Part shown: positions 1 through 9,054 of the stretch, in pieces
Layout: the number at the start of each line of letters is the position of its first letter
How positions within the stretch are numbered: position 1 is the stretch's first letter
Assembly (NCBI GenBank): GCA_003539625.1
Contig: DPOU01000008.1
Location: 26,041-90,040, forward strand
Source of the DNA: Acholeplasmatales bacterium
Lineage (GTDB): Bacteria > Bacillota_I > Bacilli_A > ML615J-28 > CAG-313
Direction: 5' to 3'
DNA: 64,000 nucleotides
Translations under genes and position numbers: made by a program
Notes under the pieces: model-generated
Told to the model about the DNA's origin: nothing
Seen by the model: only the letters and a program-made list of their open reading frames with translations
The model's database searches: none

Positions 1-4
1 ATGT

Positions 5-1252
5 ATGGGATTTATTAAAATACCAGTAAAAGGCATGAATGACTTTATGCCAAGTGAAATGAAATTAAGAGAATATGTAATTAGAGAAATTAAAGATACA
101 TACACAAAGTTTGGCTTTAATATAATAGAAACACCATGTCTTGAACATATTGAAAACTTATGTTCAAAACAAGGTGGCGAAAATGAAAAATTAATATTTA
201 AAGTACTTAAACGTGGCGAAAAACTAGATTATACTAATGTTAAAGAAGAGAATGATTTAGTAGATATGGGATTAAGATATGATTTAACTGTCCCACTATC
301 AAGATATTATTCTAATAATATGGCTAAATTACCAAGTCCATTTAAGTCTTTACAAATCGGTAATGTTTGGCGTGCCGAACGTCCACAAAGAGGTCGCTTT
401 AGACAATTCATTCAATGTGATATTGATATCTTAGGTGAAAAAAGTAATCTTGCGGAAATGGAATTAATTCAAGCAACTACAACTTTACTTAACAAAATCG
501 GCTTTGAAGATTTTAAAGTTAGAATTAATGATCGACGCATCTTAAAAGCAATGGCAAGTTATTGCCAATTACCTGAAGAAAAAAGTGACCAAATCTTCAT
601 CATTCTTGATAAAATTGATAAAATTGGCGTAGCTGGTGTTGAAAAAGAATTACTTGATGCAGGATATGATAGCGTTGCAGTAGCAAACTATATGAAGTTA
701 TTTAAAGATGAAGTATATAGTGGTAATTCAAGTGAATACTTTAAATCATTAGGAATTAATTGTGTTGAACAAAATATTTTAGATAACTTAGACCAAATCA
801 TTGATACTACTAAAGTACTAGCAAATAATAAATTTGAAATTACTTTCGACCCAACATTAGTTAGGGGAATGTCATATTATACTGGACCTATTTTTGAAAT
901 TGAAATGGTAGGACTTGCAAGTAGTGTTGCAGGTGGGGGAAGATATGACAAGATGATTGAAAAATTTACTAATATGAGTGTTCCTGCATGTGGTTTCTCT
1001 ATTGGCTTTGAAAGAATCATTACAATTTTAAAAGAAAAAGAACACAATTTACCAATTGATAATTGTGATAAAGTTGCTATAGTAGTAGATAAAGATATAA
1101 CTAAAGAAGCATTATGTGATGTTTTCCAAGAAGCAAAAGCTTTAAGAGAAAAAGAACATAAACAAGTTTTAGTAGTTTATAAAACAAAGAACTTTAAGTT
1201 CCAAAAAGATAAACTTGCTGAAGAAGGATATAACGAATTAATTTTTAGATAA
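5..1252 (+). CDS. hisS: histidine--tRNA ligase (class II)
   Basis: 415-aa ORF. Class-II HisRS motifs are visible: RYDLTVPLSRYY, WRAERPQRGRFRQFIQCDIDILG, GGGRYDKMI, GFSIGFERI. C-terminal anticodon-binding-like domain. Confidence 0.9.
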   Translation: MGFIKIPVKGMNDFMPSEMKLREYVIREIKDTYTKFGFNIIETPCLEHIENLCSKQGGENEKLIFKVLKRGEKLDYTNVKEENDLVDMGLRYDLTVPLSRYYSNNMAKLPSPFKSLQIGNVWRAERPQRGRFRQFIQCDIDILGEKSNLAEMELIQATTTLLNKIGFEDFKVRINDRRILKAMASYCQLPEEKSDQIFIILDKIDKIGVAGVEKELLDAGYDSVAVANYMKLFKDEVYSGNSSEYFKSLGINCVEQNILDNLDQIIDTTKVLANNKFEITFDPTLVRGMSYYTGPIFEIEMVGLASSVAGGGRYDKMIEKFTNMSVPACGFSIGFERIITILKEKEHNLPIDNCDKVAIVVDKDITKEALCDVFQEAKALREKEHKQVLVVYKTKNFKFQKDKLAEEGYNELIFR

Positions 1253-1253
1253 T

Positions 1254-2366
1254 ATGCAAAAAGAATTTAAACTTAAAATAGCCTTAAGAATAGTAATTGG
1301 TCTATTAGTTACACTAATATTATTAATTGGAATATATGTTATGTATGTATGTTTACAATATTCTCGTATTGAGGATTTGAAATCTTACAAAGATGACATT
1401 AATCAAGTATCAAATGAAAAAGTAAAATATAATACTACATATAAAATAACAACTTACAATATTGGCTTTGGGGCTTATGAACAAAACTTCTCATTCTTTA
1501 TGGATAGTGGCGAATACTTAGATGGAAAAAAGGTAACTGGAAAACTATCAAGAGCAAAATCAAAACAAACAGTATTAACCAATACTAAAGGTGTAATTGA
1601 TACAATAAATAATATTGACCCCGATTTTTGCTTTTTCCAAGAAGTAGATACTAAAGCAAATAGAAGTCACAAAGTAAACCAATATCGAATGTTACAAGAA
1701 AGTCTACTCGGTATGTCAAATGTATATGTATCAAACTTTCATTCTGCATACCTATTCTATCCAATATTTAGTCCACATGGTAAAGTTGAAAGTGGTATTA
1801 CGACCTTTTCTAAATATCAAATGGATGAAGTTGTTCGTCATTCATTAGAAATATCTGATGCATTCCCAACTAAATTCTTTGATTTAGACCGATGCTTTAC
1901 CGCAACTTATATTCCAACTGAAGATGATAAGTATCTAGTTTTAGTAAATGTACATCTTTCTGCTTACGATGAAGGTGGAGTGTATCGAAAAAAACAATGG
2001 GAACAGCTTAATAAGTTCTTAGATGAAGAATATGCAGAAGGAAACTATATAGTATGTGGTGGAGATTTTAACCACGATATTGCAAATAGTGTTGGAGAAT
2101 TCTCTACTGATAGATTAAAGCCAGATTGGGTATATGTATTAAACGAAGAAGATCTAACAGAACACTATACTTTTGCAACTAGTAAAAATGTAGGAACATG
2201 TCGTAGTACGGACACATCATATGAAAAAAATAAAAATTATACTGTTGTTGTAGATGGTTTTATAGTATCTGATAATATCGAAATAAAAATAGTAGAAAAT
2301 ATTGACACAGATTTTATGTACAGTGATCACAATCCTGTAAAGTTAGAATTTAGTATAAAAAAATAA
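1254..2366 (+). CDS. membrane-anchored endonuclease/exonuclease/phosphatase (EEP) family protein
   Basis: 370 aa. N-terminal TM helix, then EEP-like blocks (TYNIGFG, VLVNVHLSA, GGDFNHD, C-terminal SDHNPV). ATG lies 1 nt after the hisS stop. Confidence 0.7.
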   Translation: MQKEFKLKIALRIVIGLLVTLILLIGIYVMYVCLQYSRIEDLKSYKDDINQVSNEKVKYNTTYKITTYNIGFGAYEQNFSFFMDSGEYLDGKKVTGKLSRAKSKQTVLTNTKGVIDTINNIDPDFCFFQEVDTKANRSHKVNQYRMLQESLLGMSNVYVSNFHSAYLFYPIFSPHGKVESGITTFSKYQMDEVVRHSLEISDAFPTKFFDLDRCFTATYIPTEDDKYLVLVNVHLSAYDEGGVYRKKQWEQLNKFLDEEYAEGNYIVCGGDFNHDIANSVGEFSTDRLKPDWVYVLNEEDLTEHYTFATSKNVGTCRSTDTSYEKNKNYTVVVDGFIVSDNIEIKIVENIDTDFMYSDHNPVKLEFSIKK

Positions 2367-2371
2367 ATTGG

Positions 2372-2407
2372 CTGAGTATTTAGAAATATAGCTAAATACT
2401 CAGTTTT
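2372..2407 (+). terminator. rho-independent terminator
   Basis: 11-bp stem CTGAGTATTTA / TAAATACTCAG followed by TTTT. Confidence 0.7.
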
Positions 2408-2523
2408 AAATAATATCATTTGTATTCTAAATGGTTAAATATGCATTCTAATTAATAAATGCTTTTAATATTTAAAATAGTATGATATAATGAAAAAAAG
2501 TAAAATAGAAGAGGAGTTTCTAT

Positions 2524-3828
2524 ATGCTTAGTAGTTTTTTAGCGTGGATAGTTCATACAGATTACACATTTATAAATGTACTAACATGGATTAATCACAT
2601 CTTAGGAATTATAATGCTAGTATTATATGCAAATCAATTTGTTTATATTGTATTATCAATATTTGTTAAACCACGTAGATATAAAGTTGCAAAAACAGAA
2701 CATACCTATGGGTATATTATTTGTGGAAGAAACGAAGAAAAAGTTATTGGTAATTTAATAGATAGCATTTTAAAACAAGATTATCCAAAAGAAAAAATGC
2801 ACATATTTGTATGTGCAGATAATTGTACTGATAATACCGCTAAGGTAGCACGTGAAGCTGGCGCAATAGTTTTTGAAAGAGAAGACCATATACACGTTGG
2901 TAAGAGCTATGCACTTAACTATACACTTGATAAGATTAAAAATGAATATAGTGAATTAGGCATTGAAGCATATATCTTATTTGATGCGGATAACCTAGTT
3001 GGTAAAGACTTTACCAAAGAAATGAATAAAGCATATGATCAAGGATACAAAGTTTTAGCAGGCTTTAGAGATAGTAAAAACTTTGATGATTCTTGGGTAA
3101 GTGCAGGCTCTTCATATATGTTCTATCGTGAATGTTGTCAAGTACATAAAGTAAGAAGTTTCTTTAACACAGGATCATATGTTTCTGGTACTGGCTTTTT
3201 GGTTGATAAAAGTTTAGTAGAAAATGGTTGGAATTATCATACTTTAACTGAAGATATTGAATTTTCTGCCGATTGTGCTTATAAGGGTATAAAAATAGGT
3301 TATGTTTATGATGCTGTATTTTTTGATGAACAACCAACAAAACTTGGCGATTCAATCAAACAAAGACTAAGATGGTGTAAAGGTAATAACCAAGTATTTG
3401 GAAGATTTGGTGGTAAGTTATTAGGTGGTATGTTTAAAAGATTTACTTTTCAAAAATGGAGTATGTTTACACATACAATTCCTGTCCCAGCAATCTCCAC
3501 TATATGGCTTTGCATTTTTCAATTAGCTGGTGGTATATATTGCCTTGCTAATCATTTGCCTAGTGATATATATATTAAGATTATTTTATCAGCAGGATTA
3601 AGTACAATATTTGCACCATTCGTTAGTTGCTTTATTGATGCCATCTTACTGTTAATTCAAACATATAAAAGAACAAGCGGTAATTTCTTTAAAAGATTCT
3701 TATATGCATGTGGATTCGTAATCTTCATAGCTGTATATATCCCAATTACTGTAGTTGCATTATTTAAGAAAAATGTAACTTGGAAACAAATACCACATAA
3801 GGATACAAGAACAATTGAAAAAATATAG
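2524..3828 (+). CDS. processive family-2 glycosyltransferase (membrane-embedded polysaccharide synthase-like)
   Basis: 434 aa. N-terminal TM, GT-A core with FDADN and TEDIEFS, a QRLRW (Q-x-x-R-W) signature, and about 4 C-terminal TM helices. SD gaggag upstream. Confidence 0.8.
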   Translation: MLSSFLAWIVHTDYTFINVLTWINHILGIIMLVLYANQFVYIVLSIFVKPRRYKVAKTEHTYGYIICGRNEEKVIGNLIDSILKQDYPKEKMHIFVCADNCTDNTAKVAREAGAIVFEREDHIHVGKSYALNYTLDKIKNEYSELGIEAYILFDADNLVGKDFTKEMNKAYDQGYKVLAGFRDSKNFDDSWVSAGSSYMFYRECCQVHKVRSFFNTGSYVSGTGFLVDKSLVENGWNYHTLTEDIEFSADCAYKGIKIGYVYDAVFFDEQPTKLGDSIKQRLRWCKGNNQVFGRFGGKLLGGMFKRFTFQKWSMFTHTIPVPAISTIWLCIFQLAGGIYCLANHLPSDIYIKIILSAGLSTIFAPFVSCFIDAILLLIQTYKRTSGNFFKRFLYACGFVIFIAVYIPITVVALFKKNVTWKQIPHKDTRTIEKI

Positions 3829-3854
3829 GTATGCTAGGAAAGCATACCTTTTTT
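3828..3854 (+). terminator. rho-independent terminator
   Basis: Stem GGTATGCT / AGCATACC, then TTTTTT. Confidence 0.7.
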
Positions 3855-3883
3855 CATAAAAAACTTCTATAAAAAATAAAAAA

Positions 3884-3909
3884 GTTCAAAAAGGTATACC
3901 TTTTTGGAC
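3884..3909. repeat. 26-bp palindrome GTTCAAAAAGGTA|TACCTTTTTGGAC (copy A1)
   Basis: The 20-bp core CAAAAAGGTATACCTTTTTG (3887-3906) is a perfect palindrome and is identical to 42873-42892. Confidence 0.85.
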
Positions 3910-3991
3910 ACTTGTTATTATATCATTTTTCGCCTTTATTTGCAACTAAATATATAAATATTATAAAAATTAATTAAAAAATTGAATATTT

Positions 3992-4032
3992 AAAAAGGTA
4001 TCTTTTTTTGGACATAAATGTGTCCAAAAAAA
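3992..4032. repeat. degenerate copy of the same palindrome plus a GGACA/TGTCC hairpin (copy A2)
   Basis: AAAAAGGTATCTTTTTTTGGACA followed by the inverted TGTCCAAAAAAA. Confidence 0.6.
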
Positions 4033-4116
4033 TAAGTGCATTTCAAAAAAACATAGTCATATTTAAAACTTATTTGGGGGCATATTAATAATTTTATTAA
4101 TAAGGAGGTGAGGAAT

Positions 4117-4323
4117 ATGAAAACTGCCGCATATGTATTAGGCATTATTGGCACAATTGCTGTAGGATGGTGTTTAATTCCACTTATATGGTGTATACCT
4201 ATGCTTGTAAAAGTAAAAGCCGCTATGGATGGTAAAGAAAAATTATCAGTAGGTTTTAAGGTATGTTATTTAATATTCGTAAGTTTAATAGGTGGAATAT
4301 TGCTACTTTTTGATAAAGATTAA
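4117..4323 (+). CDS. small two-TM membrane protein, unknown function
   Basis: 68 aa counted from the ATG at 4117, which sits 9 nt after the SD AAGGAGG. The tracked ORF starts at GTG 4108, inside the SD. Two hydrophobic helices. Confidence 0.5.
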   Translation: MKTAAYVLGIIGTIAVGWCLIPLIWCIPMLVKVKAAMDGKEKLSVGFKVCYLIFVSLIGGILLLFDKD

Positions 4324-4340
4324 AAATAGCACTTTTTAAG

Positions 4341-4369
4341 TCAACTTCTAAAAATGAAGTTGATTTTTT
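4341..4369 (+). terminator. rho-independent terminator
   Basis: Stem TCAACTTC / GAAGTTGA, then TTTTTT. Confidence 0.75.
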
Positions 4370-4403
4370 GTTTTTATTATAATAATTATTTTGTGGTAAA
4401 CGA

Positions 4404-4431
4404 CTTGCAAAAGTTATAAAAAGTGCTATAA
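4404..4431 (+). promoter_or_regulatory. sigma-A-type promoter
   Basis: TTGCAA, 16-nt spacer, then TGcTATAAT (extended -10). Confidence 0.55.
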
Positions 4432-4461
4432 TATAGAAAAGTTAGAAGGAAGGAAAATAAA

Positions 4462-4794
4462 ATGAAATTATTTGTTACAGTTTTAGTAGAAGGCGAATAT
4501 ATGCCTAAGATATTAAAGAAATTATCTGAAAACAATTTTCATGGTAGCGTTATGCCTACATTAAGTATTAAAAAGGCATTACTTACTAGTAATGTAGAAC
4601 CAGTACCAATGTTTGGTGGAATTAGTAAAGTAGTTGAATACGATCATTCACCAAGACCTATGGTATTTGTAGTTGTAAAACATGATGAAGAAGTTAAAAC
4701 TTTAGCTCGTTTGATTAATGAAGCTACAGGTGGAATTAAAGATAAAGGATTTATGTATTCTTTACCAATAGATTTCTTAGAAGGTATAGAATAA
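4462..4794 (+). CDS. small soluble protein, unknown function; a possible P-II-like regulatory partner of the antiporter (speculative)
   Basis: 110 aa with no TM helix. SD aggaagga upstream. The stop is 1 nt before the antiporter ATG. Confidence 0.45.
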   Translation: MKLFVTVLVEGEYMPKILKKLSENNFHGSVMPTLSIKKALLTSNVEPVPMFGGISKVVEYDHSPRPMVFVVVKHDEEVKTLARLINEATGGIKDKGFMYSLPIDFLEGIE

Positions 4795-4795
4795 T

Positions 4796-6064
4796 ATGCA
4801 AGTTTTATTAGGTATTGTTCTTGCGCTTGCGGCAGGTTTATTATCAACTAGATTGGTTAAATTAATTCATTTACCAAACGTAACAGGATATTTGGTTGCA
4901 GGACTACTTATTGGTGTCGTTAATATTATTACTTATAAAAGATCAGGCACATATATTTTAGATGTTAAGTCATTATCAATCATCGTAGATTTAGCATTAG
5001 GATTTATTGCTTTCTCTATCGGTGGTGAATTTAAATTAACAAGTTTGAAGAAACTTGGTAAAAGTATATTTACTATTACTTTTTTACAAAGTTTTTTAGC
5101 ATTAGTATTAGTAGATGTTTTTGTTATCGTTGCTTTCTTATGTATGGGAAATTTAAACAATGAAAATGCAGCTTTAGCAATCATTTTAGGTGCAATTGCT
5201 ACAGCAACAGCTCCAGCAGCAACTCTAATGGTTGTTCGTCAATATAAAGCAAAAGGACCTGTAACTGATACATTGCTTCCAGTAGTTGCTTTAGATGATG
5301 CATTTGGGTTAATGTTTTTCTCAATATCATTTGCTATTGCCAAAGCATTAGCAGAAGGAGCAAAGTTAACAGTAATGACAATCTTAGTTTTACCACTTGC
5401 TGAAATAATTTGTTCACTTTTAATTGGGGCTATACTTGGTGCACTATTGTCACTTGCAACAAAGTGGTTTAAGTCACGTGCTAATCGTCTATGCCTTATG
5501 GTTTTATTTGTATTCGCAGGTGTTGTAACTTGTGAATTATTTGAACATTTACAAGCTGCATATAACTTTCCATTTGGTTTATCATCACTATTACTATGTA
5601 TGATGATTGGTGCAATGTTCTGTAATATGTGTGAACAAGCATTGGTAATTATGGATGGTTGTGAACGTTGGACTCCACCTCTATTTATGTTATTCTTCGT
5701 ATTATCAGGCGCAGAACTTGATGTAAGAAATCTAGCAAGTATAGGTGTTGTAGGGGTTGTATATTTAGTAGCAAGATGTGCTGGTAAATATTTTGGTGCA
5801 CGACTTGGTGCAAAAGTAGTACATGCGGATGAAAATGTAACCAAATATTTAGGTCTTACATTGTTCCCACAAGCAGGTGTTGCTATAGGTATGGCTCAAA
5901 TGGTTTCAAATAAATTCAGTGGTAATCCATTAACAGATGGTATTGCAGTAAGCATTATAACAATAGTTCTTTCCGCAACCTTAATATATGAATTGCTTGG
6001 CCCAGTAATTACAAAGATAGCATTACAAAAAGCAGGAGAAATTGACGAATCAACTCTTGCATAA
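4796..6064 (+). CDS. cation:proton antiporter (Na+/H+ exchanger family), TM domain only
   Basis: 422 aa, roughly 11-13 hydrophobic helices, Gly/Ala-rich. No soluble RCK/TrkA domain. Confidence 0.75.
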   Translation: MQVLLGIVLALAAGLLSTRLVKLIHLPNVTGYLVAGLLIGVVNIITYKRSGTYILDVKSLSIIVDLALGFIAFSIGGEFKLTSLKKLGKSIFTITFLQSFLALVLVDVFVIVAFLCMGNLNNENAALAIILGAIATATAPAATLMVVRQYKAKGPVTDTLLPVVALDDAFGLMFFSISFAIAKALAEGAKLTVMTILVLPLAEIICSLLIGAILGALLSLATKWFKSRANRLCLMVLFVFAGVVTCELFEHLQAAYNFPFGLSSLLLCMMIGAMFCNMCEQALVIMDGCERWTPPLFMLFFVLSGAELDVRNLASIGVVGVVYLVARCAGKYFGARLGAKVVHADENVTKYLGLTLFPQAGVAIGMAQMVSNKFSGNPLTDGIAVSIITIVLSATLIYELLGPVITKIALQKAGEIDESTLA

Positions 6065-6105
6065 AAAAACACATTAGATATGATTAAATATCTAATGTTT
6101 TTTTT
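6063..6105. terminator. bidirectional terminator between convergent genes
   Basis: A-run, stem ACATTAGATA / TATCTAATGT, T-run. Confidence 0.75.
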
Positions 6106-6943
6106 ATTCTTTTCTTATTTTTTCATCATAATCATCTAAAAAATTATAATGCATTTTATCATTATGATAACCAACAATGGTGTTTAAATTTACATCATGA
6201 AAACTTCTAAATATATTAATATCACTATTTGGATAATTATTTCTTAGTTGTGCAACAAGAGCTTTAATCTCTTTTCTCTTAGATTTATTTTGTTCATCTG
6301 AATGATTTTCTTCAGTAAATCTACAAGCACATTGTAAAAACTTTAATTCATTATATTTTGCCCATTTTATAATGTTTTCTTCTTTCACTAAGTAAAGCGG
6401 TCTAATTAATTCAAGGCCAGGATAATTTTCACTTGGTAGTTTTGGCATCATTGTTTTATATTCAGCACCATATATCATACTCATTAAGACCGTTTCAATT
6501 ACATCGTCAAAGTGATGCCCTAAAGCAATTTTGTTGCAACCACGTTTTTTTGCATTAGCATATAGATACCCCCTACGCATTCTTGCACATAAATAGCAAG
6601 GAGATTCTTTAATATCATGGACTACATCAAATATGTTAGTTTCAAAAATATCAAGAGGGATATTCAATAATTTAGCATTGTCAGTTAATTCTTTTAAATG
6701 TTTTTCACTGTAGCCTGGATTCATGCAAAGATATATTGCTTCAAATTCAATTGGTCCATGTTTTTGAAATTCTTCCATACATTTTGCCAATAGCATAGAA
6801 TCTTTACCACCTGATATGCATACCGCAACTTTATCACCATCTTTAATTAATTTATATTCGTCAATGGCTCTAACAAATAAACGGTAGATAGTAGGTCTAA
6901 ATTTTGTTATAATTGAATGTTCTATTGTTTGATATTTTTCCAT
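6104..6943 (-). CDS. ttcA: tRNA 2-thiocytidine biosynthesis TtcA-family PP-loop ATPase
   Basis: 279 aa. PP-loop SGGKDS (CISGGKDSMLL), and Cys pairs PCYLCARMRRG and LQCACRF. Confidence 0.8.
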   Translation of the reverse strand: MEKYQTIEHSIITKFRPTIYRLFVRAIDEYKLIKDGDKVAVCISGGKDSMLLAKCMEEFQKHGPIEFEAIYLCMNPGYSEKHLKELTDNAKLLNIPLDIFETNIFDVVHDIKESPCYLCARMRRGYLYANAKKRGCNKIALGHHFDDVIETVLMSMIYGAEYKTMMPKLPSENYPGLELIRPLYLVKEENIIKWAKYNELKFLQCACRFTEENHSDEQNKSKRKEIKALVAQLRNNYPNSDINIFRSFHDVNLNTIVGYHNDKMHYNFLDDYDEKIRKE

Positions 6944-7073
6944 AGCTTTTCCTCGTATTTTTCATATTTATTATACACTAAAAAAAGTAATTTGCAAGAA
7001 ACAAGATTAATTATTGGACATATACATTTTATAATGTTAAAATAAAATAGTAAAATTTGATAGGAGGGCAGTT

Positions 7074-7544
7074 ATGCAAATCAAAAAAACAACTAATGAA
7101 AAAACGTATGTTTATGATGAAAAGTTTTTTAGTGGAAAGAAATCACTAACTATTAATGGTAAGCAATTACAATTAGTGGGTAAGAAAAACTTTGTTGATT
7201 CAGAAACAGGAGAAGAATACTCAGTTAGTGGTTCTTTTATAAAAGGCATTACATTAAATACTAAAAGTGAAGAAATTGTATTAGTTAAAAACAAGTGGTA
7301 TGAATGGATTGTTATCATTCTTCCTATAATTAGTATTGGAGTTGGACTTTTCTGTGGAGCAATAGGTTGTATGCTAAGTGTGTTATTTAGTTTATTATGT
7401 GCCGCTATTAATGCAACAATTTGTAGAAGCGAAAAGATACGTAGTGCAATAGTAAAAGTAATCATAGGTATAGTTACATCCGCAATTTCTACATCTGCTT
7501 GGTTTGGAATATATTGGCTAATTGTGCAAGCAATTTTGAAATAA
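7074..7544 (+). CDS. membrane protein, unknown function
   Basis: 156 aa. Soluble N-terminal half and three C-terminal TM helices. SD taggaggg upstream. Confidence 0.5.
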   Translation: MQIKKTTNEKTYVYDEKFFSGKKSLTINGKQLQLVGKKNFVDSETGEEYSVSGSFIKGITLNTKSEEIVLVKNKWYEWIVIILPIISIGVGLFCGAIGCMLSVLFSLLCAAINATICRSEKIRSAIVKVIIGIVTSAISTSAWFGIYWLIVQAILK

Positions 7545-7649
7545 CAAAATAAAAGGTTTTATTGTTTTCGATAAAGCCTTTTTCTAAAAAAAGGAAGATA
7601 TTTTTTAATGAATTTATTGTAAAGATATAAATATTATGATATAATATTA

Positions 7650-7849
7650 TTGCCTAGAGAGTTCGCCTTTTCACGTATATTTTTTGCGACCCGAACAGAA
7701 CTACTTAGGAAACAAAGTAATAGTGGAGTTGAAAGCCTGCTACGAGTAGGAATCCCGATCTATTAATTTAAGTTTACCACCTTATTTTTAGATGCGGTTG
7801 CGCATCTTGTGATAACGGCTCATCTGGGTATAATTTAGGAGGTTTAAAG
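7650..7849 (+). promoter_or_regulatory. ~200-nt structured 5' leader; candidate riboswitch or attenuator of unknown class
   Basis: Promoter is TTGTAA (7617-7622), 17-nt spacer, TGaTATAAT (7637-7645). The leader is visibly more GC-rich than other spacers. Stem UCGC/GCGA, hairpin GATGCG-GTTG-CGCATC (7791-7806), and ACCACCT (7776-7782) complementary to the SD AGGAGGT (7837-7843) with one mismatch. Confidence 0.3.
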
Positions 7850-8362
7850 ATGAAAGTAGAAAAACTTAGAAAAACTTGTGGCTACATCTTATATATAAAA
7901 AGTATAATAGCTTTAGTAGTAACAATCATCCTTATTTTTGGTGGAATCACTATGGCTATTATGGGAAAACATATGGTAGATAATCCAGGACAAGGTGATA
8001 AAACTGGTTTTGAAGGTGCCGTAGGTTCATGCTCAACAGCTTTTTTTGGTGCGCTTGGAATAGTGTTTGGAATTGTTTCAATAGTTGTAGGTTGCTTGCT
8101 GACTCTAGATGCAATTTTTAGTATGATTCATTCAAGAAGAATTTTAAGAAATGATAGCGATATTGCTAAATCAATAAAGGTTTGTATTGCTACTGAAATA
8201 GTATCTGTTATTGTAGGAATATTTATAACTGTAGCAGGCATAGCAAATATCAAAGAAGCAGTAGGAATAATTTTATTAGTTATCGCAATAATATTGATTG
8301 CTCAATCAATTGCAACAATAGTGTTATTATCTAAATTAAAGAAATTAAATAGTGTTAATTAA
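7850..8362 (+). CDS. four-TM membrane protein, unknown function
   Basis: 170 aa. Strong SD AGGAGG. Gly/Ile/Val-rich helices. Confidence 0.55.
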   Translation: MKVEKLRKTCGYILYIKSIIALVVTIILIFGGITMAIMGKHMVDNPGQGDKTGFEGAVGSCSTAFFGALGIVFGIVSIVVGCLLTLDAIFSMIHSRRILRNDSDIAKSIKVCIATEIVSVIVGIFITVAGIANIKEAVGIILLVIAIILIAQSIATIVLLSKLKKLNSVN

Positions 8363-8394
8363 CACTATTTTTTATAAATAGAGGAGTTTAAATT

Positions 8395-8895
8395 ATGTTT
8401 GAAATAAGAAGAGGAATGCCCGAAGACGCTGAAAAAATAATAAAATATCTTAAAATAATTGGTACTGAAACTGATAATTTAACTTTTGATGGTGGTATAA
8501 GTTTTACTGTTGAACAAGAAAGAGAGTATCTAAATATGGTATATAATTCTTCTCGTAGTTTATACCTTATTGCAGTAGAAAATGATGAGGTAATCGGTTG
8601 TGCTTCTCTTGATACTAGTCTTCGTGAAAGATTAAAACATAGGGGTTCACTTGGTGTATCAGTACAAAAGAAAGCTTGGGGTAAACATATTGGTTCAAGG
8701 TTAATGGAAGAACTTCTAAAGTTTGCAAAAGATACTGCAGGATTAGAAATAATTATGTTAGAAGTTAGAAGTGACAATGAGAGAGCAATAAATTTATACA
8801 AAAAATTTGGTTTTAAAAAACTATGTACCTTAGAAGGTTATATGAAAATTAAGGGTGAATTAACTGATTGTGACCTAATGATGTTAAAATTGTAA
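8395..8895 (+). CDS. GNAT family N-acetyltransferase
   Basis: 166 aa. Acetyl-CoA-binding block VQKKAWGKHIGSRLMEEL and C-terminal AINLYKKFGF. Confidence 0.8.
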   Translation: MFEIRRGMPEDAEKIIKYLKIIGTETDNLTFDGGISFTVEQEREYLNMVYNSSRSLYLIAVENDEVIGCASLDTSLRERLKHRGSLGVSVQKKAWGKHIGSRLMEELLKFAKDTAGLEIIMLEVRSDNERAINLYKKFGFKKLCTLEGYMKIKGELTDCDLMMLKL

Positions 8896-9054
8896 TCACA
8901 TAAATATAAGTGAAGGATTGCTAGTTAAATGGTTAAATCCTTTTTATTTTATAGTATTATAATTGGAAAAAAAAGGTATTTGTGTTAAAATTATGATAGA
9001 TAAATAAATTTTGTTAAATACTAATAGTAAGTTATATATAGGAGGAATACAAAT

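Noticed and set aside
3887-3906. The AAAAAGGTATACCTTTTT palindromes as ordinary bidirectional terminators.
   Set aside because: The dyad has no loop. Only a 7-bp, mostly A-U stem with a TATA loop is possible. A proper terminator for the upstream gene already exists at 3828-3854, and a terminator-like hairpin already sits at 42798-42851.
5239-5844. 201-aa minus-strand ORF inside the antiporter gene (also 4933-5184 and 4644-4847).
   Set aside because: It is antisense to a well-supported membrane-protein gene. It has no SD and a low-complexity Ala/Thr/Asn-rich translation, typical of shadow ORFs.
7650-7849. The leader as a T-box or a c-di-AMP (ydaO) riboswitch.
   Set aside because: For a T-box: an AGAGAG is present, but there is no T-box 'GGUGGUACCGCG' sequence on the + strand (only ACCACC), and the downstream gene is not amino-acid related. 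For ydaO: ACCCGAA...CAG resembles part of the motif, but the paired GGGGA/GAAUC pseudo-symmetric elements are not evident. The class is left unknown.
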